A DNA stretch of 64,000 nucleotides from a virus (lineage: Duplodnaviria > Heunggongvirae > Uroviricota > Caudoviricetes): positions 31,208 through 95,207 of the IMG/VR virus record IMGVR_UViG_2690316068_000001; one strand, 5' to 3'. Under the pieces are notes generated by a model. That model had not been told where the DNA came from. It was given only the letters and a program-made list of their open reading frames with translations, and did no database searches. Shown here one piece after another: positions 55,875-64,000 of this stretch. Numbering within the stretch: the first letter of the stretch is position 1; every line of letters starts with the position of its first letter. Made by a program: the position numbers and the translations under genes.

Positions 55875-55905
55875 AAAAAATCCCGCCGATTGGCGGGATT
55901 TCTTC
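55873..55905. terminator. bidirectional rho-independent terminator
   Basis: AAAAAAAA-TCCCGCC-GATT-GGCGGGA-TTTCTTC between convergent genes. Confidence 0.75.
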
Positions 55906-56215
55906 AATATACGATCTGGTCTACATGATCACCAAAATCATCGTCGTCGTCGTCCTCATCGCCACCATCTACTGCTGGCCAATCAACAAACCAGCCAGCG
56001 TAAAGATGCAGCGTTCGGAGAACATCACTTGCGGGAGCATCAAGGGTGTTAACGAATCCCATATAGCTATTGGGATTTGCCCCAGCTATGGCTTCAGCGA
56101 TCATGTCCTCGGTAATGTCACCGGAGATAATGCTTAAACGCCCGGAAACTTCTTCATTATCATCAAATTCGATAATGGCATCTCCGCCTAATGGCGCTGC
56201 GATTTTAATCTGCAT
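55904..56215 (-). CDS. hypothetical protein with poly-acidic C-terminus
   Basis: 103 aa ending DGGDEDDDDDDFGDH; last gene of dar operon direction. Confidence 0.4.
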   Translation of the reverse strand: MQIKIAAPLGGDAIIEFDDNEEVSGRLSIISGDITEDMIAEAIAGANPNSYMGFVNTLDAPASDVLRTLHLYAGWFVDWPAVDGGDEDDDDDDFGDHVDQIVY

Positions 56216-59192
56216 TATTTAGCTCCTTTGCCACACCTAATAACAGTTCCAGCAATCCGTCACCATTCATCAGTGATGCGGCAGCGGCCTCTTTGTCATG
56301 ATACAACTGAAGAGCCATAGAGAATACTTCCGTTGCTGACGTTTTGGAAATAGTCGGTGATTTCTGCCGAATTTTCCCGGTGTTACTTACTGAGGCTGGC
56401 GGGTATACCTTCGCCATATAAATATTACTCAATCGAGATCTGAAGCACCATTCAGGCTTGCCACGCCCACCGATATTAACGAAAGATGGCTTATCCCCTT
56501 CAACATTGGCCTTCAGGAATGACCGGGCTTTCTCTAACAAACCAGGGTTACTGTACTCAAGATGATGACCCAGCTCGTGCCACAGTGCACTTGCATTTTC
56601 ATCGTTCAAATTGACAGCAACAACACCATTAATATTTGCATATGCCCTTCCCTGGTGGTGAACCACCTTTGATAAGGTCGAAATTTTACCGCCGGTCAGG
56701 CGATAAATATCAGCAAGTTCCTTGCGCAGGTCTATCCCACCATTCTGTCCAGCGCGGGCTTCTTCCACTTCTTCCGTGATAAAAGAGTCGGCCCACTCAA
56801 GAGCTTTTTCTTCAGATACGGATGAGTTGGCGATCGCACTGTTCATGGCAGATAACACTTTCTCGTGGACCGAACCCATACTTTGCTGATTCATTTGCCA
56901 GCGTGTCTGCGGGTTATATGAGAATCGCTTAAGTAGTTGGTCAAGATGCTCAAGTTCTTCTTCGCTGACATACTTTTTAGCCTCACCAATAATGCCGGGG
57001 AGAATATTGCCGTTAGGATTAAACGCTCGCGAAAGGAAGAGTTTCAGCGCCCCCATGCCCTCCGATGCTTCAATATCACCAATAACACGGTTAACAATGG
57101 CCGCACTCTTCGGATTAGCATCCGCCAACGCTCTGGCTACGATTTGCAGGGACGATACGACCTCACGCTGCATATCAGTCCTGATCTCATCAATAAACTC
57201 TGGCGTTATGCCGTGCTCTTTAAGGATATCCCTGCCTTCCGCCGTTACCCCATCGATATCACCGACATGTTTATTAACCTGACTTTGCAATGCCTTAAAT
57301 GCCCTCAGAATTCCACGGGCATCATCAGCTTTACTAACGGCCTTCCTGAATGCTGGCAAGAAGTCAGAGTTAACCTCATTTTGTTGATCGGCCCACTGAA
57401 TGGAGGCTTCTTTCATCTCGTCCAGAGTCAAATCACCCAACGCGGTATGGTCTGTGAATATGAGCGACAACCTCTGAACCATTTCTGCCAATGGTGATGC
57501 CGAATGCGCCGCGCTAAGGAATGCTTTCACCCTGGTTGGGCGAATGGAAAACCAGTCAATAGCTGGTGGCATATCTCCGTTTTTTATCGCCTGCGCTATC
57601 TCGTCAAAGCCATCGCGCCCAAGGGAGGATGCGTGATTTAACAAGCCGCGAAGTAACGAATTGCTGATACCGAATAATCGGCACCATTTTTTCACGTCGG
57701 CAACAGGCATTCGAACAAAATGCGCAAGCACTTGTACAAGCTGTTCATCCTGGGGATCTGTACGGGAAAGCAGCCTGATCAGATGAATAATGTCTTTGAT
57801 GCCGGATGCCCGATGTAATAGCAAACTGGTATATGGAGCAACACCATTGTAACTACCGCCGGAAACGGACTCGAAAAGACCGCCGGATATCCCTTGCATG
57901 CCTTCGTTTTCCAGTTCCTGAGACACCTGGCGAAGGATATCCTGTAACGACACATCACCACCGCCAAACATATCCCCCAGCGCCTGGCCCTGGTGCTGTA
58001 ACTCATCATTGATACGTTGAGCCATCAACTTAAAGGCGGAGGCCATACGCTTCGCGCTACGGTTATTCGCGACGATGAACAACGCGAGTGCTTTCACTTC
58101 CGGGGCCGTTTCGCTGAACATATCCCCCTGAGCAATAACATCGGTAATATGCTGGCCTGACTCCTTCGATTGCCTTACCAGGTCTACCGCATCTTTCAAT
58201 GCCGCCAGCGCCTTTTTATCGAGGCTATCCGCTGTCTCAATGCCATCAACAATAGTTGTCACAGCCTGCTTGTGCGCTTCTCCTGATAAAGCCTGCATCT
58301 GGACAAAATCATTGGCTGCCGCATTAAGCGCCGTCAGAACATTACGCATGTCCGGATCAGGTTCTTCTGCAACCATCCTTACCAGGCGCGCATCCTTATA
58401 TGCCTTGGCAAAGATCGCGTTTTGTATACGGTCTACAAGTTGCCGTGTTGGTCGCCCATCTTCAGTTACAAGGCCAGCCGCCTGTGTGGCACCAACTTGC
58501 GTCATAAATCCGCGAATAAACGCGTCATTACTGCGGCTAAGCAGATCTCCGCTTTCTGACGGGTTAAAAAGCGCCATCATCGCCGGTGTTATGCTGTCGG
58601 CATCAACAAAAGCCTTTTCACTGGCTGCCATTTCCTGAAGATCAGAAATATTTGAGTCCTTGGCAAACTGAACGCGGTCAACCTTGGTTAACCGGCGGCG
58701 CACCAGTACCGGAGCCGTCATTGATTCAACCTTTTCAGGTCGTATGCCGAATTCGGTCGCATGATCAATCAGGTACTCACGATACCGATCCGCATTGCCG
58801 TCCTGATAGGCTTTGATGATCCCCATGGTCCGTCCATTACCTGACTCAACGGCATTGTCCTCACCAATTATCGGCGCACCATGGCTGGATAAACCGGAAT
58901 CAGTAAGCTGAGCAGGCCGCAAATCTTTGGATATCTGGTTAACCTGAAGAAGGCTGGATGCGCGGGTCCGGTCGCGCGGCTGAAGTTCCTGGGGATAGTC
59001 AGGATTAATTTTCCCATCCAGAGTATTGGATACCAAAAGAGCTGAGGCATCGACGATATCAAACGCTGTTTTTACCTCGTCTCCCTTCGCTGTCACCACA
59101 TACGAAACCCGCCCATAACCGGGCAGGTTCTTTAGCAGCTCGATCAGCGTTTCTATGCTGGTGGCCATTACCACCTGATCGCTTAAGCTCAT
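56205..59192 (-). CDS. ddrB: DdrB-like large internal head/antirestriction component with HExxH motif
   Basis: 995 aa downstream of darA-ddrA; contains WHELGHHLEY (HExxH zincin-like) near C-terminus. Confidence 0.55.
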   Translation of the reverse strand: MSLSDQVVMATSIETLIELLKNLPGYGRVSYVVTAKGDEVKTAFDIVDASALLVSNTLDGKINPDYPQELQPRDRTRASSLLQVNQISKDLRPAQLTDSGLSSHGAPIIGEDNAVESGNGRTMGIIKAYQDGNADRYREYLIDHATEFGIRPEKVESMTAPVLVRRRLTKVDRVQFAKDSNISDLQEMAASEKAFVDADSITPAMMALFNPSESGDLLSRSNDAFIRGFMTQVGATQAAGLVTEDGRPTRQLVDRIQNAIFAKAYKDARLVRMVAEEPDPDMRNVLTALNAAANDFVQMQALSGEAHKQAVTTIVDGIETADSLDKKALAALKDAVDLVRQSKESGQHITDVIAQGDMFSETAPEVKALALFIVANNRSAKRMASAFKLMAQRINDELQHQGQALGDMFGGGDVSLQDILRQVSQELENEGMQGISGGLFESVSGGSYNGVAPYTSLLLHRASGIKDIIHLIRLLSRTDPQDEQLVQVLAHFVRMPVADVKKWCRLFGISNSLLRGLLNHASSLGRDGFDEIAQAIKNGDMPPAIDWFSIRPTRVKAFLSAAHSASPLAEMVQRLSLIFTDHTALGDLTLDEMKEASIQWADQQNEVNSDFLPAFRKAVSKADDARGILRAFKALQSQVNKHVGDIDGVTAEGRDILKEHGITPEFIDEIRTDMQREVVSSLQIVARALADANPKSAAIVNRVIGDIEASEGMGALKLFLSRAFNPNGNILPGIIGEAKKYVSEEELEHLDQLLKRFSYNPQTRWQMNQQSMGSVHEKVLSAMNSAIANSSVSEEKALEWADSFITEEVEEARAGQNGGIDLRKELADIYRLTGGKISTLSKVVHHQGRAYANINGVVAVNLNDENASALWHELGHHLEYSNPGLLEKARSFLKANVEGDKPSFVNIGGRGKPEWCFRSRLSNIYMAKVYPPASVSNTGKIRQKSPTISKTSATEVFSMALQLYHDKEAAAASLMNGDGLLELLLGVAKELNNAD

Positions 59193-59204
59193 CCCTGTTA
59201 CGCC

Positions 59205-59570
59205 TTATGCTGCCTCTTTAATGTTGGCGGCTATCCATGCCGCCGTGTGCTGTTTAACCTGGTCCAGGTCGATGTATGTGCCAACATATTGACTCAAATC
59301 CTGCAAGGTACCGATAAATGCATCGGTGCTCTGATCGACGAATTTATCAGCCAGGAAATCAGCAACCAGTTTTGGCACACCATCATGTACCGAAGGTTGT
59401 TTTTCCTCGCCACTACTGCCGCCGGACACACCGTACCCCATCTGTTGCATGATCTGGTCAATTTCATCGCTGATATCCAGCAACTCCATGCCACTCGCGG
59501 TAGCCGCTTTGGACATCAAAGCATCCAACTTATCGCTGAGATCCATTAACTCAATAGCTGATAGTGTCAT
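59205..59570 (-). CDS. ddrA: DdrA-like small protein
   Basis: 121 aa between darA and ddrB; by order. Confidence 0.45.
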   Translation of the reverse strand: MTLSAIELMDLSDKLDALMSKAATASGMELLDISDEIDQIMQQMGYGVSGGSSGEEKQPSVHDGVPKLVADFLADKFVDQSTDAFIGTLQDLSQYVGTYIDLDQVKQHTAAWIAANIKEAA

Positions 59571-61486
59571 GCCGCTACCCCCGCTTTCTGGATTGCTACC
59601 AGCAGATCAGCCAAGTGGCGAGCAGCGCCATTAACCAGCTCTTCGTTTTCCTCAAAACGCCCGGCAGCCTGAAGGGCTGCAATCGCTTCCCGGACATTAC
59701 CCCGGGCGTTACGGATCTCCGCCATGTCAGTGCTTTGCATATCCATCACGTTATTGAGATATTCAATGGCTTTATTAGCCTCTGCATCTGCTTCGCTAAC
59801 CGTTTCATCAGGCTGTGCCGGGGCAGGTTCTGGCTGAGTAATCTCACCGACTTCGGCCTGCAATGCATTGATCATGCTCTGCACCATTTTCTCGGTGCCA
59901 GCGCCCCCCGGAAACGCAATATTGGGGAAAGTTTTTTGAAACTGAGTTTTCAGCATTACGCGGAACTCGTCTGGTGAGCTGGTGGCCAGCTCCAGAGCTT
60001 TTTGTGCATATTTGCCAAACGGACCATTAGTAAGTGTCTTCGCCAAGAAGTCGAAAGAATCCTCGCGAGGCAATAACTTCAGGTCGTACTCACTCATTTG
60101 CTGATCAGAAAGCGGGGTATCGTAAGTAGCAATGCCGTAGCGTGCATATTCATAATACGGGTCACCTTCATCAGGGCGCGGCAGAATTGCTTTGTTACCT
60201 TCAGGTATTGCGCCAGGGGCCGCCGGACGCATTTGCAGGGCATATCGATATGCACCTACAGAGATTTCTGGTTCAGGCGAAGAGCTACCGGTATCCTCCG
60301 CTGGTTCAGGTTCGACGTTTTCCGGTTTATGTTCTTCTGGTTGGACCAGGTATTCCGATACATTACCCGCTTTATAGGCTTTAAACAGCTTGCCGATCGC
60401 ATCTGCCATGTCCACACCCTGTATGGATTTAGCCTTGATCATGTACACGCTGCCATCCGAATCGGTTAACTGGATATACCCTTCACCGTCCTCAATGAAT
60501 TGCTTCATTGATGCACCATTACTGAGCGTCACTTCCCCGTTCATATGCATACGATTTTTGATACTTGCAAGGCGATCCGTCATCGCGCGAGAGTGTCCAC
60601 CAGTCATCCCCGCAGGAGCAATGGTTTCGCGCCCACCAGTTCGATTGAGCTGATCAATCTCCGTCTGCAAACGCTCATTCTCTTCATAAAGAGAATCCGC
60701 TTCCGATGCAACAGCGTTAATTTTCTGCTCCAGATCTACCTTCTGCCCTTCTACCGCTGCCACCTGATCCGCGAGGTCGCTCATGGCATCCTCTTTCTGG
60801 TCACTGTCAGCCTGTAGTTGGGTTATTTCATCAACCAGGGCTTTTTTCTTCTTCTGCGCACGCTGGAATTTTGCCGAGTTTTTCTCTGCAAGGTTGGCAA
60901 GTTTCATGGTGACCTGCGCCAGCGTCATATCACGTCCACTCATCGGAGCAACGGTATGAGTAACGTCTTTTTTATTCAGTAAGAACTGGAAAGCAATCAG
61001 CGTATCGCTATTGGTGATCCGGTTTTCCGCTGTCGGGCTATGAAACAGAATGCTGATAGTCTGACCATCACTGAGCGGAATAATGGCTGGCAGGACCGGC
61101 AGCCCGTTAACGTTACGTGCCCGGCCAATTTCAGCCCCGCCGATCGCGCGTGCACCGTTCTGGGCCACATCCCCCGTTTTATCACTCCCCGCAGAGATTC
61201 CGGTACCATTCAGCTTCTGGTTCAATGCCCGGACAAATGCCTGCATGGTCCGGTGTAGCTGCAAACGAGTAGAACTAATCGCCTCCAGTAAATCCGTAGC
61301 ACACCAGTGGATCGGCGTGTCATAGAAGAACGTAGCCTCGATTTCCTCCAGGGTGTTGGATTCCGTCATCAGATAGCGGTCCTCACCGGCCATTAATGCG
61401 CGATATTCATCATCAGTCACTGGCGGGGGAAGCACGTCAAGCCCAGGTTTGATCGTCACCCCTTTATTGATATTGAACTGTTCCAT
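59567..61486 (-). CDS. darA: DarA antirestriction/head protein
   Basis: 639 aa; a segment (NGLPVLPAIIPLSDGQTISI...AEKNSAKFQRAQ) is paralogous to upstream hdf product, as expected for DarA/Hdf. Confidence 0.7.
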   Translation of the reverse strand: MEQFNINKGVTIKPGLDVLPPPVTDDEYRALMAGEDRYLMTESNTLEEIEATFFYDTPIHWCATDLLEAISSTRLQLHRTMQAFVRALNQKLNGTGISAGSDKTGDVAQNGARAIGGAEIGRARNVNGLPVLPAIIPLSDGQTISILFHSPTAENRITNSDTLIAFQFLLNKKDVTHTVAPMSGRDMTLAQVTMKLANLAEKNSAKFQRAQKKKKALVDEITQLQADSDQKEDAMSDLADQVAAVEGQKVDLEQKINAVASEADSLYEENERLQTEIDQLNRTGGRETIAPAGMTGGHSRAMTDRLASIKNRMHMNGEVTLSNGASMKQFIEDGEGYIQLTDSDGSVYMIKAKSIQGVDMADAIGKLFKAYKAGNVSEYLVQPEEHKPENVEPEPAEDTGSSSPEPEISVGAYRYALQMRPAAPGAIPEGNKAILPRPDEGDPYYEYARYGIATYDTPLSDQQMSEYDLKLLPREDSFDFLAKTLTNGPFGKYAQKALELATSSPDEFRVMLKTQFQKTFPNIAFPGGAGTEKMVQSMINALQAEVGEITQPEPAPAQPDETVSEADAEANKAIEYLNNVMDMQSTDMAEIRNARGNVREAIAALQAAGRFEENEELVNGAARHLADLLVAIQKAGVAA

Positions 61487-61487
61487 G

Positions 61488-62099
61488 TTAATTTCCTGCT
61501 TTCAGTTGCTTAAGACGGCGTTTGAGTTCGCCATTTCGGGCCTTTTCGTTATTGAGTCGGCCTGTCTCCTTATCCAGCTTCGCCCGCAAATCAGTGATCT
61601 GCTGTTGATTGAAAGACACCGAGTTCTGCGCTGATTTATAAGCGGCAACCACCTGAGCATTCCGCTGTTTTGCCTCTTGCAGGCGCTGAAAGTTGGATTT
61701 TACTGCCGGTTTCTTGTCTACCGGATTGGCAACACGTTTCGCTTTGGCGATCAGTGATTTCTGGAATTTTGCGGAGTTTTTGCGGGCCGCTTGCCCCATG
61801 ACGGTACCAAGCGTCTTGATATCCGGCGACTGAGCGTTAGGAATAGCTTTTCCATTCAGCCTCACAGACGATATATCGCCAGTATCGTTTATCTGTATGG
61901 CAAGAATTTGTCCGTCGTTAAGAACCAGCTTTGCGGTTTTAACTTTAACGCCATCTTTCGTTGTTGCGCGGTTGCTGGAGTCAACCTCAATTACCGTAAC
62001 ACCGGTTTTATTGATCGCCGCGATAAGGGATTTCAGCCCCTTTTCATTAACCTGGTCAAAATCGACCGTTGCATACTTATTTTTCGTCATCTGACACAT
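61488..62099 (-). CDS. hdf: Hdf (homolog of DarA fragment)
   Basis: 203 aa sharing NGKAIPNAQ...NDGQILAIQ...AARKNSAKFQKS with DarA. Confidence 0.6.
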   Translation of the reverse strand: MCQMTKNKYATVDFDQVNEKGLKSLIAAINKTGVTVIEVDSSNRATTKDGVKVKTAKLVLNDGQILAIQINDTGDISSVRLNGKAIPNAQSPDIKTLGTVMGQAARKNSAKFQKSLIAKAKRVANPVDKKPAVKSNFQRLQEAKQRNAQVVAAYKSAQNSVSFNQQQITDLRAKLDKETGRLNNEKARNGELKRRLKQLKAGN

Positions 62100-62520
62100 C
62101 CTGTGCGAGATTTATTACGTAACTTCTGCGGATTTGCTGAGTAACAGGGAAAATCCGATACAACGGGTTAATGAACGAGTCGCCATGCGTAACCATGACG
62201 TTGAAATGCCACAGCCGTTCTCCTTTACCCATATATTCAGTGGGTATGTACAACCATTCACTGTTTTCGCCCTGTTCAGCCGACGTCAGACAACGTTGTT
62301 CGCCTTCAATCACTGTCGTTGGCTTCTGAACATCGCGGATCCAATATCTGACCGTTGCGCCGCGCAAAAACGGGAATTTAGACCGGTATTTGAACGGCAC
62401 CCGGATGAAACCCGGTTTAATTTCCACATCACCAAGTTCTAAATGCGTGATGTCCTTGCGTTTTAGCAAATAGCGATCGGCTAAGGCTAACGCAAGAACG
62501 CATACACCCCAGCCAATCAT
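62077..62520 (-). CDS. lydB: LydB-like antiholin/lysis regulator
   Basis: 147 aa downstream of holin-like lydA; by order. Confidence 0.45.
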   Translation of the reverse strand: MIGWGVCVLALALADRYLLKRKDITHLELGDVEIKPGFIRVPFKYRSKFPFLRGATVRYWIRDVQKPTTVIEGEQRCLTSAEQGENSEWLYIPTEYMGKGERLWHFNVMVTHGDSFINPLYRIFPVTQQIRRSYVINLAQDVSDDEK

Positions 62521-62846
62521 TTCCCGCCTCCCTTTTTCACCAAACTTGTAAGAACATTCAGAATGCTATCGATATTCACTCGTTTCATCCCTGAAATCAC
62601 CTCATGACCGTTATTGCTGGCTATCGTTACCATTAAGTACGTAATTGATAACTCCCAGCCCTCGTGTTGCCCCAATAGGTACGCCACCGCGCCAGCTGTC
62701 ACTGCAACAAAGATCTCCGTAACCAATCCCAACAAATTGCCAGACTGGCGACCGTCTCGGACATCCATCAGGAACGTGCCTATCCCACCAATTACTGAAA
62801 GCAGGAGCGCAATAGCAACTGGAGCTAATTCCTGTGTGTCAAGCAC
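62517..62846 (-). CDS. lydA: LydA-like holin
   Basis: 109 aa with two to three hydrophobic helices and charged C-terminus KKGGGK. Confidence 0.55.
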   Translation of the reverse strand: MLDTQELAPVAIALLLSVIGGIGTFLMDVRDGRQSGNLLGLVTEIFVAVTAGAVAYLLGQHEGWELSITYLMVTIASNNGHEVISGMKRVNIDSILNVLTSLVKKGGGK

Positions 62847-63312
62847 AAGTTCCCTCCTACGTTGTCAGGAGGTAATGGTATGCAAAGTAACTTCTCATCT
62901 GGTTGTTCATAATTTGCCAATACATTCGTAAATCAAGTGAAAAACCCATATTTTGGTTATTCTTAATACAAAATGGCTATTCCAACTACATATCAAAAAA
63001 GCAACCACATCCAAAAATGAGTTTCCCCACTGAACTTCTGCAAGACAAAAACCAACAAAACCACCTTTTATGGCAAGCAGCCATGCTTCAAGCCAATGTA
63101 AAAAACATGGCTTATAAGCTCCACGCCTAACTCCAGTAAGAAATAAATAGGTTCCACTAATAATGGACATTAAAAAAATCAAAATCTGCATAAGCTCCTC
63201 CCGGATCTAACAAAAATCAAGCAGGAACCTATTCAGATTGTTATTTCTGTGCATAACGCTTTGTTCTTTAAAATTCGCAGACTCATAAGAACAACGCATT
63301 AGAGTAAAAATC

Positions 63313-63873
63313 ATGCTGATCGGCTATGTACGCGTATCAACAAATGAACAAAACACTGCTTTGCAACGAAATGCCCTTGAAAGCGCAGGATGTGAGCTAA
63401 TTTTTGAGGATAAGGCGAGCGGCAAACAGACTGAACGCCCTGGGCTAAAAAAGGTTTTGCGTATGCTTTCCAGAGGTGACACCCTGGTCGTATGGAAGTT
63501 AGATCGTCTTGGGCGCAGCATGCGTCACTTGGTTGTGCTGGTGGAAGAGCTGCGTGACAGAGGAATTAATTTCCGGAGTCTCACTGACTCTATCGACACC
63601 AGTACACCAATGGGGCGCTTTTTCTTTCACGTAATGGGAGCGCTGGCAGAAATGGAACGTGAGCTTATCGTTGAACGTACACGCGCTGGACTTGATGCAG
63701 CTCGCGCAGAAGGTCGTATAGGTGGGCGTCGGCCTAAATACCAAGAAGAAACATGGCAGCAAATGCGGCGATTGCTGGAGAATGGCATCCCCCGTAAGCA
63801 GGTTGCAATCATCTATGATGTGGCTGTTTCCACGCTTTATAAGAAGTTTCCGGCGTCGTCATTTCAATCCTAA
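63313..63873 (+). CDS. cin: Cin serine DNA invertase
   Basis: 186 aa; serine recombinase N-terminus MLIGYVRVSTNEQ; C-terminal HTH; Hin/Gin/Cin family. Confidence 0.9.
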   Translation: MLIGYVRVSTNEQNTALQRNALESAGCELIFEDKASGKQTERPGLKKVLRMLSRGDTLVVWKLDRLGRSMRHLVVLVEELRDRGINFRSLTDSIDTSTPMGRFFFHVMGALAEMERELIVERTRAGLDAARAEGRIGGRRPKYQEETWQQMRRLLENGIPRKQVAIIYDVAVSTLYKKFPASSFQS

Positions 63874-63891
63874 ACCTTGGTTTAAGAGAAC
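63866..63891 (+). other. cix: cix-like inversion crossover site
   Basis: Imperfect dyad AATCCTAAACC-TT-GGTTTAAGAGAA overlapping cin stop codon. Confidence 0.5.
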
Positions 63892-64000
63892 TCGGTACCA
63901 GCGGTGAAAAGATCCCCCTGTTGAGCACGGCTAACACATGGAGTGCGCGCCAGATTTTCAACGGAGGGATCACCGGGGCACTGACAGGGAACGCCGACAC

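Noticed and set aside
54230-55905. IS1 insertion expected between ssb and the ddr operon as in P1
   Set aside because: No transposase ORF or terminal inverted repeats seen; interval contains two ordinary genes instead.

Overview
This window reads as a P1-like temperate phage-plasmid (Punavirus-type) genome, spanning the loxP junction. Calls rest on motifs read directly from the six-frame translations and on recalled P1 gene order; no database search was run. Recognisable backbone, left to right: uhr/hrdC (RdgC-like), dmt (fused C5/N6 DNA methyltransferase), tRNA-Asn and tRNA-Thr, a TerB-like gene, tRNA-Ile, ban (DnaB-like helicase), a minus-strand morphogenesis block with a gpV-like spike, ppp phosphatase, a run of early genes of unknown function, LexA-boxed humD, phd-doc, lpa, pacA (with a 4+3 TGATCA pac site) and pacB, c1 and coi, loxP-cre-cra-ref-mat, then lxc-ulx-darB, prt-pro, lyz, ssb, the lydA-lydB-hdf-darA-ddrA-ddrB operon and cin with a cix-like site. 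At least eleven C1 operator matches (ATTGCTCTAATAAATTT) are spread across early operons. The most interesting departure from P1: in the mat-lxc interval, where P1 carries res/mod, there is a single AT-rich gene with RelA/SpoT synthetase motifs, consistent with a fused toxSAS toxin-antitoxin of the CapRel type. Further candidates are a DUF2829/Tad2-like gene plus an unknown partner between ssb and the ddr operon, a two-gene cassette divergent from humD next to a 1 kb AT-rich gap, and a degenerate structured-repeat array around the tRNA genes.
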